From a virus (lineage: Duplodnaviria; Caudoviricetes), in IMG/VR virus record IMGVR_UViG_3300013121_000013, positions 1 through 64,000 of that record: a DNA stretch of 64,000 bases. One strand, written 5' to 3'. The translations under genes were made by a program, and so were the position numbers. The notes under the pieces were generated by a model. It did no database searches and was not told the origin of the DNA. It saw nothing but the letters and a program-made list of their open reading frames with translations. Each line of letters opens with the position of its first letter. Position 1 is the stretch's first letter. Shown one piece after another: positions 1-9,227 of the stretch.

Positions 1-799
1 AGATCTTGTTGGTTCCTCTACTTTGGCTGGAATTTTAAGAAGTCAGATAGTAAAACGACTAAGAGATCCGTCTGGAGTGCATATACCAAATACAGAATTT
101 AATTTGGCCGCAAAAAAGAATTTAGTACCGGCAATGGTGAGTGACCCTAGATCTATTACCGGTTCTCCAATGACAAATCTTTTATCAGATGTGTTTTTTA
201 AAAATAGAACATCTAGAGAACAACTAGCAGACGAGTTGTCCAATATTCAGAATAAAAAGTTAAAGAATATAACTCCAGGCTTGACTAAAGGATTTGTTGA
301 GAGAACGTATAACGACTTGTCTTTAGGTCGTGGAGAAGAAACTGCTAAGTTAATAAATAAACTTTATAATGATAATTTATCAAATAAATCTACTAGAGAA
401 CAAATAGGCAATAGTATTATAGATGGTTTGATAGGAGAACGTAATCCCAAATGGCGTGAACATGGAGAGAGATTTAATAAGGCCTTTAAGCCAGAAGATT
501 TTGAATTAACTAGAAACTACTATAAAAATCATAGTGAATTATATCGTAAAATTATGGATGAGAGATGGGAAAGACATAGAGAAAGAGGGCTTCCTACAAA
601 TAGAGAAGATATAATGAAGCTTTGGATGCAAGCTATACAAAAGTCTGAAGAAGAAGCAGCTAGTCGTATGGACCCTGAGCTAAGATCAAAGGCATTACCT
701 ATTATTAAAAGGATAGACTCTTTTAAATCAATTGAACCGCCGGCCGTCATTTATCCGAATCGGCCAATGATTTTAAATTATTTATTAAGAAATAAATAA
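1..799 (+). CDS. Hypothetical protein, probably 5'-truncated by the window edge
   Basis: The frame of ORF 23..799 is open back to the window start; no recognisable motif. Confidence 0.6.
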   Translation, partial: DLVGSSTLAGILRSQIVKRLRDPSGVHIPNTEFNLAAKKNLVPAMVSDPRSITGSPMTNLLSDVFFKNRTSREQLADELSNIQNKKLKNITPGLTKGFVERTYNDLSLGRGEETAKLINKLYNDNLSNKSTREQIGNSIIDGLIGERNPKWREHGERFNKAFKPEDFELTRNYYKNHSELYRKIMDERWERHRERGLPTNREDIMKLWMQAIQKSEEEAASRMDPELRSKALPIIKRIDSFKSIEPPAVIYPNRPMILNYLLRNK

Positions 800-818
800 A
801 GACTAGGAGTTACTAATA

Positions 819-1694
819 ATGGAAAATAGTTTGTTTTGCGATCATCTTTATAATTTAGGATGGATAGACAGCGGTGAGTTATTGTCTATAGATCCAGACA
901 ACGCGGATGATCTGTCGCCATACGTTGTGAAATATCAAGAGTTCCATGGTCTACCTAAAACTGGAAAGCTCGATACTGAAACTAAGACCCATATGGTTCA
1001 GCCAAGGTTCTGCGGCCTGCCAGATGTCGTAGAAATGAGTATGGAAGAAGCAATCTGTGCTTGGTCAAAGAAAACTATTACTGTTAAAGTAGCCAACGAA
1101 CTTAATAATGTACCTTCCGATCTCTTTAGGTCAGCTGTTAGAGAGGCACTAGGTTATTGGAATGAAGTTTGTGGAATAAATCTTAAACTAGTAGATAGCG
1201 GTGTAACTGATATCACAATAACAACTGGCAGAATAGACGGGCCACAAGGAACTCTTGCCTGGAGCGAACTTCCATGCGGAGGAGTTTCTTCTGTTACTCA
1301 AAGGTATGATACTTCTGAGTCCTGGGTTGTAGCAGAGAGACCGACTAACGGTATAGATCTAGTTAGAGTTATTTGTCATGAAATAGGCCACGCGATTGGC
1401 ATTCCTCATATATCTTCCGGCAACCTAATGCAGCCAACTTATGATGTAAATATTCGTAAGCCCAAGAGTGGAGATATACAAGAAGCCGTTAAAAGATATG
1501 GAAGAGCAACTAATCCTACGCCTCCGACTGTGCCTGATGATGGCCCAGTAATTCCTGATCCTGTACCTGTACCGCCACAGACTGAAAGCGATTGTTCCAA
1601 GCTATTACAATCCTTCTTATCTACTCCTGAAGGCAAAGAGTTGGCTAAAAATTTAGTTAAAGCTTTACTGGACGCAATTAGAAAAGTTAGTTAA
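819..1694 (+). CDS. Matrixin (M10) zinc metalloprotease with PG-binding-like prodomain and cysteine switch
   Basis: PRFCGLPD (cf. PRCGxPD), HEIGHAIGIPH zinc motif, LMQP Met-turn, YQEFHGLPKTGKLD PGBD-like segment; AGGAG RBS. Confidence 0.9.
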   Translation: MENSLFCDHLYNLGWIDSGELLSIDPDNADDLSPYVVKYQEFHGLPKTGKLDTETKTHMVQPRFCGLPDVVEMSMEEAICAWSKKTITVKVANELNNVPSDLFRSAVREALGYWNEVCGINLKLVDSGVTDITITTGRIDGPQGTLAWSELPCGGVSSVTQRYDTSESWVVAERPTNGIDLVRVICHEIGHAIGIPHISSGNLMQPTYDVNIRKPKSGDIQEAVKRYGRATNPTPPTVPDDGPVIPDPVPVPPQTESDCSKLLQSFLSTPEGKELAKNLVKALLDAIRKVS

Positions 1695-1769
1695 TATATA
1701 GATATCTTCGTGGCAAGGTTTGCGCCATGAAGCCTCCTATCTAACCGTACCGTCGTTACGGTTTTAACC

Positions 1770-1812
1770 CCCGCCGAGCACAGCACAGTGCTTTGCGGGT
1801 TTTTTCTTTTTT
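1770..1812 (+). terminator. Intrinsic terminator
   Basis: CCCGC-CGAGCAC/GTGCTTT-GCGGG hairpin followed by a T tract. Confidence 0.75.
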
Positions 1813-1877
1813 TGATTGGCAATATTGTGTATTGTCTCTTCCTTACACGGATATGTAAAAAGTATAATGAGGTAGAA

Positions 1878-2066
1878 ATGGCATCTAAAATAGATATAAA
1901 AGAAGTTATAGACGATAAATCGCTAGATAGACATAACAAAGATAGATTAGTAACTTTTTATGCGTATGAAACAGTTGGCACGGCTATCGGCAGTATTAAG
2001 GGATTGTCTAAAGCTTCTTTCGATTGTATGTTTAAACTTAAATTTAAGAAAATAGGTAAGAACTAG
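1878..2066 (+). CDS. Small hypothetical protein
   Basis: ATG at 1878 after a GAGGT RBS; the longer 1788 start overlaps the terminator. Confidence 0.5.
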   Translation: MASKIDIKEVIDDKSLDRHNKDRLVTFYAYETVGTAIGSIKGLSKASFDCMFKLKFKKIGKN

Positions 2067-2075
2067 GAGACTTAT

Positions 2076-2384
2076 ATGAACCCACATTTGAAGGGTTGGA
2101 TAAAACTTCCAGATTCAGAAGAGTGGGTTGAAGTAGTTAGTGGCACTAGTATATCACAAGTCTTACACAAGATTAAACTATTACCATATACGTCAGGACA
2201 GTGGCAAATCTCTGACCAGAAACCAGTACCTATAAGCATAATCAGTCTTTTAACTCCAAGCCCAATACACGGCACTTTTGAGGATCAACATAACGATGAT
2301 GCAGATTATTTTTCTTACGATATTCTTTCAAGCGAAAGCTATCGAAGCAAAGAACGAACTACCAAATTTGCAGTATGCACATGA
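2076..2384 (+). CDS. Hypothetical protein
   Basis: AGGAG RBS; 102 aa ORF. Confidence 0.55.
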   Translation: MNPHLKGWIKLPDSEEWVEVVSGTSISQVLHKIKLLPYTSGQWQISDQKPVPISIISLLTPSPIHGTFEDQHNDDADYFSYDILSSESYRSKERTTKFAVCT

Positions 2385-2880
2385 AATATATAAACAGCCT
2401 AAGTCCGACAGAGTTTCTATTCTTATAAAAAACTTAGGATCAGATGACTGGTCTACTAGATGTAAAGCTAGTGATGAATTAAAAGAGTATGGAAGTTATG
2501 TTGAAAAAGAATTAAAACAAGCTTTAGAAAGTTCTGATCTTGAAGTTAAGAGTAGGGCTCTAAGGTTGCTTGAGTTATGCACTCTAGGTATAGGACAACC
2601 TTCTGATGGCTGCCATTTGTCCATTTTTGAAATGCTGGAAGAAAAAGGCAAAGACTATTATCTAGAAGAACTCTCTAATCTTTATGGCGGTAAATATTCT
2701 GAATATGATGCTTTTTACAGCGAAGCCGCAGACGAGAATGCAGCTCGTAAATATATTGCAAATTTAAAATTAATTGGTTTCGCTGATGCATCTATTAAGC
2801 CGCATATAAAATATCAACAAGAAGAAACTAGGGATTCTAAATTTACTAAAGTATTCCCTCAGGCTTATGGTGGTGATTGA
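2278..2880 (+). CDS. HEAT-repeat-like protein with hydrophobic N-terminus (start uncertain)
   Basis: LGSDDWSTRCKASDEL...LKQALESSDLEVKSRALRLL resembles HEAT repeats. Confidence 0.6.
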   Translation: MRINITMMQIIFLTIFFQAKAIEAKNELPNLQYAHEIYKQPKSDRVSILIKNLGSDDWSTRCKASDELKEYGSYVEKELKQALESSDLEVKSRALRLLELCTLGIGQPSDGCHLSIFEMLEEKGKDYYLEELSNLYGGKYSEYDAFYSEAADENAARKYIANLKLIGFADASIKPHIKYQQEETRDSKFTKVFPQAYGGD

Positions 2881-3587
2881 GTATAGGCATGGATTATTGT
2901 GTATTAGCTCCAGTTCGTAATGGTTCTAAATGGCTCCCAGAGTTCCTTAACTGCTTGGAGTCTTTTAAATTACAACCATTACGAACTTATTTTTTACTTA
3001 ACAATTGTTCTGATAGATCTAAAGACATACTTAAAAGCTATGCGAATAGAGTTGGTCGAACAACTATCATAGAATATGATTATAAAGATGCATTTTTTCA
3101 TCCAATTGAAGAGCGATATAAATACGTATCTCATTTATGTAAGGTTAGAAACGCTCTTATAGACGTCGCTATACAGCATGATAGTAAATGGAGTCACGCT
3201 TTAATTCACGACATAACAAAATTAAGCCCAATCAATCTTCCTGATAAATTATTATCAATAGATGAAAGCCTAGTCTCTCCATTGATTCTAAGGGAGGATG
3301 TTTGTTCTTTTTGGGATCTGTCCAACTTTCGTGATATTTATAATTGCCCATTTAAGTCCGCTCCACCATTTTTTACTGGGTCAATGATATCTGAAGTTGC
3401 TTCTGTTGGCAGTGTTGTTATGGTCAAGAGAGAAGTATTTTCTGTAGCTAGATTCACACCATCAAAAGATGATTTTGATGGTACGTTTGTAAATTTTTGT
3501 CATCAAGCAAGATCGTATGGTCATTCTTGCTGGGTTTTAAGAGATGTATGTAGCACGGCCCCAATTTTTTTGAGGAAAAAGTTATGA
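2877..3587 (+). CDS. GT-A fold glycosyltransferase (GT2/Anp1-like)
   Basis: VLAPVRN...NNCSDRS, KVRNALI, SVGSVVMVKREVF, FC..AR..G motifs. Confidence 0.7.
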   Translation: MSIGMDYCVLAPVRNGSKWLPEFLNCLESFKLQPLRTYFLLNNCSDRSKDILKSYANRVGRTTIIEYDYKDAFFHPIEERYKYVSHLCKVRNALIDVAIQHDSKWSHALIHDITKLSPINLPDKLLSIDESLVSPLILREDVCSFWDLSNFRDIYNCPFKSAPPFFTGSMISEVASVGSVVMVKREVFSVARFTPSKDDFDGTFVNFCHQARSYGHSCWVLRDVCSTAPIFLRKKL

Positions 3588-4252
3588 AGCGGCTGATGTC
3601 TTTACTTTTTCTATTTCTAATTTTTATTGGATCATCTTTTGCTGGCATAGAAGTTCCTATAGAGCACAGAGTAGAAAATATAGGAGATGGAGTTTGTACG
3701 TGGGCTAGTATAGAGATGCTGGCTAGAGTGCATGGTGTTAAGTCTTTATTTGGCCTGGCAGAAAAGAGAGCTAAGCAGTCTGAGGAATTGGTTGAAAAAG
3801 TTACTTACGAGTTAGGCTTACATCCAGCATTTGGTAACGTATGGTTTAAGAAGGTCGTTAAAGAGAAGAGAAACGACGCAGGAGGTTTTTGTTATAGAGT
3901 TGAACCTCAGCTAAAGACCCTTGGAGCAAATTTTGAGATACACTATGAAAAAACATTTCCCAAAAAAGCTTTATTAAACTCTCTAGATAAAGGCCTTGGA
4001 TCTGTCATATCAGTATTTAACTATCCAGATAAGGGTGATTATCATTCTGTCGTTGCTACTGGATATGACAAAGAGAAGATCTATTTTGTTGATCCTAATA
4101 AAATTAAAACAAATGGTTTATATTTCAAGTGGCCCTGGTTTGAAGAGAATTGGGATGGATCTCTTATTGTAATATTGCCTGACAAAGAGGTTACAAATCA
4201 TAACTTTAAACACGGCGTTCCATTTGTAACTATTCCGGAGCTTAAAAAATGA
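3584..4252 (+). CDS. Secreted papain-like (C39-like) cysteine peptidase
   Basis: Signal peptide; Cys (GVCTWAS), His (YHSVVATGYD) and Asp (VDPN) in catalytic order. Confidence 0.7.
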   Translation: MKRLMSLLFLFLIFIGSSFAGIEVPIEHRVENIGDGVCTWASIEMLARVHGVKSLFGLAEKRAKQSEELVEKVTYELGLHPAFGNVWFKKVVKEKRNDAGGFCYRVEPQLKTLGANFEIHYEKTFPKKALLNSLDKGLGSVISVFNYPDKGDYHSVVATGYDKEKIYFVDPNKIKTNGLYFKWPWFEENWDGSLIVILPDKEVTNHNFKHGVPFVTIPELKK

Positions 4253-4479
4253 TTATAGACGATCAGTATGCTAAATTAAAATCTCAGGCCATGAAGCTAT
4301 CTTCGATAATAGAGAAGGAAATTCTAGAAAGTGAATTTTCTGCGCCGTCTGAAGATTCTCTAAATAGATTGAGTAAAGCTACAAATGAATTTAAAACACT
4401 TGTTCAGGCAACTATTCGTCGGTTTAAAAAGACTGGTGTCTTTCGCTATGGTCTTAGTGAAGACACTAAAAAAGAATAA
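4249..4479 (+). CDS. Small hypothetical helical protein
   Basis: Start overlaps the 3' end of the upstream gene. Confidence 0.5.
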   Translation: MIIDDQYAKLKSQAMKLSSIIEKEILESEFSAPSEDSLNRLSKATNEFKTLVQATIRRFKKTGVFRYGLSEDTKKE

Positions 4480-4618
4480 AAATCAATTTAACAATTATGA
4501 GCTTAATCAATCTGGCTATTATGCGTTAATAGACTTGGAGAGATCAGAGAGAGCTATAAGATGCGGGTGTTCGTATTGTCGAAGTATATTAAAAATGAGG
4601 TTCAGAAAGGTGTAAATA

Positions 4619-4996
4619 ATGCAAAATAGACAACAACTTTTTGCAGAGTTTATGTGGAGATTGGTCTCTGTATCCCACTTGGCATTGATTCTCTTTCATA
4701 CTTTGGCCTTCTTTATTCTAGCTATCTACGGTATGACTGGAAAAATTGAATGGTATATAGCTCTTCCATGTTGTAGCTGGATTTATTATACGGCCTTCTC
4801 AACTGTTCCGTGTCCATTGACGACTTTAGAAAATAGCTATAGACAAAAGTGTGGACGACGCCAGATTAGAGGTTGGATTGGACATTATTTCCTCAAATTA
4901 CCAAAACAAATTTTTGGCTTGATGCCAAAGGATGAATTATATGTCACCGATAAGGTTGGGGTTCCTGACTCCATCTCTACGGCTGGGAGGCGCTGA
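4619..4996 (+). CDS. DUF2784-like membrane protein
   Basis: Two TM segments, H residues, CPLTTLEN and GWIGHY motifs. Confidence 0.7.
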   Translation: MQNRQQLFAEFMWRLVSVSHLALILFHTLAFFILAIYGMTGKIEWYIALPCCSWIYYTAFSTVPCPLTTLENSYRQKCGRRQIRGWIGHYFLKLPKQIFGLMPKDELYVTDKVGVPDSISTAGRR

Positions 4997-6080
4997 GAGA
5001 TGGATACTATCTCTGGCCAGTAATTTCGATCCAAAAAGAGTGTCCCTTGTCGGCACAGCACTCACGGAATATGCTTACTCCTCGACAAGTATAGCTGAAA
5101 AACTATCCAAATATATGCCTATATTCGCAGGTCCAATTCATAAGAATACCGCTGGCCTTCATGATACGTCAATTATTCAGAGATTTGAGCCAAACGCTTC
5201 AGTAGGTATCTCTAAAATAGCTTACAACTCCGATGTTATAATCTCATGGGGATGTTATCATCTAGATATCATCCTTAAAAATTATATCAAACATACTAAT
5301 TTGCTTTCTGTAAGTGTGTCACATTGTGAAGGACCAGTCGGAGAATTTTCTAAGTTTGACGACGGTGCAACTCATTTTGTTTCTGTTTGTAGGGTAGCCA
5401 AGAGCATTTTTTCTGAAGAAGCAAAAAAGAAATGTATTGTGATCCATAATGGAGCCGATATCGATAGGGTTACTCCTACTGTCCCTAGATCCAAAATTAG
5501 AGAAGAGTGGGGGCTTACAGATAGAGACAAAATTGTAGGATATGTCGGCAGATTTTCTCCTGAAAAGAATCCTACTGCTTTAGTTAAAGCTCTGCAGTGC
5601 CTATCGGCTGAGTATAAGGTTATTTTAATCGGTGAAGGCCTTATGGAGGCTGAGCTTAAAAAAGAATTACAGGACAAAGCTCCTGGAAGATATAAATTTA
5701 TTACTCCGATGAACCAGATTGGGAACGCTCTCCAAGCTTTTGATGCTTTAGTGCTTCCTAGTTACACTGAGGCATTTTCCTTATCCATGATAGAAGCTTG
5801 GTTGGCTGGTACGCCTGTGGTTTCTACACCGGTTGGTGCTTTAAGAGAGCTAGAGTCATTATTTGGGGATATTGTTATAGAAGTCCCCTACGCCCCAGAA
5901 GGATATCAACTAGCTGAAGGAATAAAAAGAGCTGTAGGTTTTGAAGGCTATCATTTAGCTAGAAAGTGTCGAAAGATAGCCTGGAGTAACTTTACTGCTG
6001 CGGCCATGACTGAACGATGGACTAGATATCTAGAATCAATAGTTTTAGATAGACGTCTATCAAAAGGAGAAAAATGCTAG
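4932..6080 (+). CDS. GT4 (GT-B) glycosyltransferase
   Basis: GGAER, IHNG, YVGRFSPEKN, EAFSLSMIEAWLAGTPVV. Confidence 0.9.
   Translation: MNYMSPIRLGFLTPSLRLGGAERWILSLASNFDPKRVSLVGTALTEYAYSSTSIAEKLSKYMPIFAGPIHKNTAGLHDTSIIQRFEPNASVGISKIAYNSDVIISWGCYHLDIILKNYIKHTNLLSVSVSHCEGPVGEFSKFDDGATHFVSVCRVAKSIFSEEAKKKCIVIHNGADIDRVTPTVPRSKIREEWGLTDRDKIVGYVGRFSPEKNPTALVKALQCLSAEYKVILIGEGLMEAELKKELQDKAPGRYKFITPMNQIGNALQAFDALVLPSYTEAFSLSMIEAWLAGTPVVSTPVGALRELESLFGDIVIEVPYAPEGYQLAEGIKRAVGFEGYHLARKCRKIAWSNFTAAAMTERWTRYLESIVLDRRLSKGEKC
6046..6063. promoter_or_regulatory. Palindromic motif copy 1 (TAGATAGACGTCTATCAA)
   Basis: 17/18 match to the perfect palindrome; lies just before an AGGAG RBS. Confidence 0.6.
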
Positions 6081-7195
6081 ATAGAAGAATGCCTGTTAAA
6101 GTTGGAATAGTTTGTAGAAATCTGTTACCTAGTTATAACAATAAGTGGCTGATACCTTTTGTTAAATACATGGATCCAAGTAGAGTTAAATTTACTGGTC
6201 TAGCACTATCAGAGTTTAGTCAAGAAGACGAGTCTATTTCTTTGCCTCTTTCTAAATTTATTAATATATATGGATCTCCTAGTGTTGATAAATATGGCAA
6301 GCATGACTTTAAAAACATACAAAGAATTGGAGAATCGTCTATTCTTGGAATAAGTCAAGTTTATGCAGCATCTAATATATTACTGACCGTAGGTATGGAG
6401 TCTACTTTTGTAGAAGCTTTATTGAACCCAGCCTATAAAAGTAAAGAATATGGGGCCAAGATTGTAACAGTTTCGCACAGTTATCAGCCGCCATACAAAG
6501 ACCCAAGGTACGGTAAGGGTGCGAATTATTTGGTAGCATCTTGCCAAGAAGCTGTACAGGCATTTTCGCAGCTATATAGATCGAAAGTTAAAATCATACA
6601 TAACGGTGTTGATGTTAATTCTGTATGTCCTACTGAACCTAGGGAAGAATCTCGTAAGAAGATAGGAATTCAAAATAACGAAATAGTTATAGGTTTACTT
6701 GGCGATAGAGAAGTCAACGATATAGACAATGCCGAGAAGGCTGTAGCAAAACTAAACGAAAATCTTATTAAGAATAGTAGTGAAAATTCTTACAAGCTAC
6801 TGGTTATTAGTGATTTTCCTGACATGCATCTCGGCAATATTTTAAACACGATAGACGTGGTGTTATATACATCGTTTGAGCCTATTTGTTATGATAACTT
6901 AATATTAGAAGCTATGTTTTCTAGCGTGCCTGTTATTACTACAAATACTGGTGTTTATAAGGACTTAAAGGAAATATCTAATTATAATATTGCCAAGGAA
7001 CTATCTTATAACGACCCAACCTCAATTGCACATGCAATTTCTGATGTAAGGACTTGCTGTTATGAAACCTCCACTGTAGATCCGGCTTTTAATCTTGTTT
7101 GGTCTAAGATGTCAGCCAGCTATTCTGCAGCTAGATGGGCAGAGTTTTTAGAAGATATTATGAAAAATAACGGTGAAAGCAATGCCCATGAATGA
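6074..7195 (+). CDS. Divergent GT4-like glycosyltransferase, paralog of the upstream gene
   Basis: Shares DP.RV...G.AL, IQR, VSH, IHNG.D...PT.PR and LEAM...PV motifs with 4932..6080. Confidence 0.7.
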   Translation: MLDRRMPVKVGIVCRNLLPSYNNKWLIPFVKYMDPSRVKFTGLALSEFSQEDESISLPLSKFINIYGSPSVDKYGKHDFKNIQRIGESSILGISQVYAASNILLTVGMESTFVEALLNPAYKSKEYGAKIVTVSHSYQPPYKDPRYGKGANYLVASCQEAVQAFSQLYRSKVKIIHNGVDVNSVCPTEPREESRKKIGIQNNEIVIGLLGDREVNDIDNAEKAVAKLNENLIKNSSENSYKLLVISDFPDMHLGNILNTIDVVLYTSFEPICYDNLILEAMFSSVPVITTNTGVYKDLKEISNYNIAKELSYNDPTSIAHAISDVRTCCYETSTVDPAFNLVWSKMSASYSAARWAEFLEDIMKNNGESNAHE

Positions 7196-7385
7196 TATTT
7201 TTAAGAGCTTTACAAGGCCTAAATTTTCTCGTCGAGCCATGCTAAGAATATTATCAGACGCAAAGCTTGGAAAGTATAGATTACGAGGCAGTACCATTAG
7301 CAAACTAAGATTTAAAAAATTAAAAAAAGACGATATAGTAGTAGAAAATCTTTTACAAAATCTTGATGAATTGTATCAAGCTTAA
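7188..7385 (+). CDS. Small basic hypothetical protein
   Basis: ORF overlapping the end of the upstream gene. Confidence 0.45.
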   Translation: MNDIFKSFTRPKFSRRAMLRILSDAKLGKYRLRGSTISKLRFKKLKKDDIVVENLLQNLDELYQA

Positions 7386-7410
7386 TTTAACTAAAAAACA
7401 GGTCATAATA

Positions 7411-7782
7411 ATGGCGACACTTCAAAAAAAATCGCTCGTTGAGCAGACTATGCGGACGCTACGGCTGAAAATGCCGAAAGCTGCGTGGGCGGCGACTTGC
7501 GAAGATGTGCAATGCTTTTTATCTAGTCTGGAGACTGGAAAAAATGAGATTTGGTTAACGCCCAAATCTCTTCAAGAGCTAGTTGATAAACTTCCGCTAC
7601 AAGAACGTGATTTATTATTTAGAAGTTTAATTAAATTTGGTAGACATTTAAAGTCTGGAGGGTATCATCTAGAGCAGGTACTAGATAGGCCAAAGGTTTT
7701 AGCAATAGCTTTAACCGTATTTTTACGTATTGGGTCTAAAATATTAGACAAACCTCCGATTGTAGATGTAGAAAATAGTTGA
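7411..7782 (+). CDS. Hypothetical protein
   Basis: ORF; start uncertain (7363 or 7411). Confidence 0.55.
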   Translation: MATLQKKSLVEQTMRTLRLKMPKAAWAATCEDVQCFLSSLETGKNEIWLTPKSLQELVDKLPLQERDLLFRSLIKFGRHLKSGGYHLEQVLDRPKVLAIALTVFLRIGSKILDKPPIVDVENS

Positions 7783-7787
7783 ACGTT

Positions 7788-7996
7788 ATAGTCAGCGATA
7801 GCTGAGGTGTCGGCTGGTTAGGACTTGTAGGGCGTGGCAGGATGCCCGCCCTACTAACTTGGAAAATCTGCTATCCTAGCTAGGCAGCAGATCGGCGGTT
7901 AGAGGAGTACACCCGTTAGCATCCTCTTATTAAAGCCATAATTTAATTTCTTGGCTGATTGGGCTCTAGGTGGGGAAACTAGAGATCGCTGACTAT
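7788..7996. ncRNA. Putative ~210 nt multibranched structured RNA
   Basis: 12-bp closing stem ATAGTCAGCGAT/ATCGCTGACTAT enclosing at least 4 internal hairpins; GC-rich intergenic region. Confidence 0.55.
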
Positions 7997-8730
7997 CTCA
8001 TTAATAGCTTTATAAGCTCTGGCACAAAATTAAGAATTAGAGCAAATATGGACACAAGAGAGCCTATTACAAAAACTAGTGAGAGATTTTGAGACCATGT
8101 CATTCGGCTAATTCTATCTATAGCCCATTCTGGAACTATGCCAAAGAGCTTTCTATTACCGACATTTGGATCTCTTGCTATTTCGTCTAGCTCTATACCA
8201 CTTTCGTCTAGAAGTGCCATAGTGATAGCTACAGGAAATCCACCCATTTTATCTCTAGATCTTACTTTAGCTAATTCAGCTTCGGTCATTTTAATAACCT
8301 CTGCTGGCCACGGTATTCTTATGACAACGAGTCTTCCCTTTTTAGCCTCTCCATTTTTAACTTTCCAAATTTTCGACATTCTATAGTGAGATACTTCGCC
8401 GGTTATCAGTTTTTTAAAGTTTGTCTTGTCTAGCAACCTTTCTTCAGAAGAAGAGAAGTTATCAAATCTCATGAATTGAAGCTCAAGTTCGCTGTATCCG
8501 GTAAAGTCTTGAAATTCTGAGTTGGCTGATATCATATAGCCGTTTAAACAAACAAGACTCATAGGAATCGGCAAAATATGCATAAGCTTATAAAGAGTTG
8601 ACTCTTTCCAACTTTCTGGAGAGACTCTTCCGTCTAGAAGTGCCTTAATTAGATTTAATTCTTTTTCTTTAAACTCGTTTAAATTCTTATCTTTCAAAAC
8701 TTCTGATACGGGCAGCTTAGACAATGTCAT
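7993..8730 (-). CDS. PAS-domain protein with C-terminal transmembrane helix
   Basis: PIPMSLVCLNG...ANSEFQDFTGYSELEL...KNG PAS S-box pattern; hydrophobic C-terminus. Confidence 0.75.
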   Translation of the reverse strand: MTLSKLPVSEVLKDKNLNEFKEKELNLIKALLDGRVSPESWKESTLYKLMHILPIPMSLVCLNGYMISANSEFQDFTGYSELELQFMRFDNFSSSEERLLDKTNFKKLITGEVSHYRMSKIWKVKNGEAKKGRLVVIRIPWPAEVIKMTEAELAKVRSRDKMGGFPVAITMALLDESGIELDEIARDPNVGNRKLFGIVPEWAIDRISRMTWSQNLSLVFVIGSLVSIFALILNFVPELIKLLMR

Positions 8731-8911
8731 TTTGTCTTTTCTCCATCTATGTCGGAAATATATACGTGGATTATATTTAAGTATATACGCTGCCAGTTGT
8801 TTACGTAAATAGATATGCTAAATTTTCGACAAAAACACGTTATAATATAGTGCAAAAGCTCATAAGTATGAGAGTTGCCGTTTTTATATCTATTTAAAAT
8901 TGATTTTTCAC

Positions 8912-8940
8912 TTGAATTGTTTAAGTTACTTATGTAACAT
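8912..8940 (+). promoter_or_regulatory. Sigma70-like promoter for the tRNA/Y-RNA operon
   Basis: TTGAAT-17 bp-TAACAT, 10 nt upstream of the first RNA element. Confidence 0.55.
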
Positions 8941-8949
8941 CTTTGAATC

Positions 8950-9018
8950 ATAACTGACTGCAGCATTGGACTACATCACTTGTAAGGCGAATGTCTAATG
9001 CGAACCCTTGTCAGTTAT
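8950..9018 (+). ncRNA. Y-RNA-like element Y1 (minimal)
   Basis: ATAACTGAC/GTCAGTTAT outer stem, GCATTGGAC/GTCTAATGC inner stem, TACATC. Confidence 0.75.
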
Positions 9019-9023
9019 AATGT

Positions 9024-9147
9024 GTGAGGGTAGCTCAATGGGCAGAGCACAAAGAGTTCTCTCTGGATAATTTTCGTTGATGTCGTCAACTGCCATCTTG
9101 AGTACATCATAATCTTTAGGTTGTAGGTTCGAATCCTACCCCTCACA
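9024..9147 (+). ncRNA. tRNA(CAU)-like RNA with a circularly permuted Y module inserted in the anticodon loop
   Basis: GTGAGGG/CCCTCAC acceptor stem, normal D and T arms; insert TTTTCGTTGA-TGTCG-TCAACTGC...GAGTACATC. Confidence 0.75.
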
Positions 9148-9152
9148 CTTTT

Positions 9153-9226
9153 TGCAGAGTGGACTGGAGAGGCGCCAGCGCGGCTTCATACGCCGTACGA
9201 CACGGGTTCGATTCCCGTCTCTGCGA
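9153..9226 (+). tRNA. tRNA-Met(CAU)
   Basis: Cloverleaf; GCGGC-TTCATAC-GCCGT anticodon arm; weak 1:72 pair; no encoded CCA. Confidence 0.8.
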
Positions 9227-9227
9227 C

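Noticed and set aside
9056-9106. Group I or bulge-helix-bulge intron in the tRNA
   Set aside because: Too short for group I, no clear BHB, and it matches the permuted Y scaffold instead
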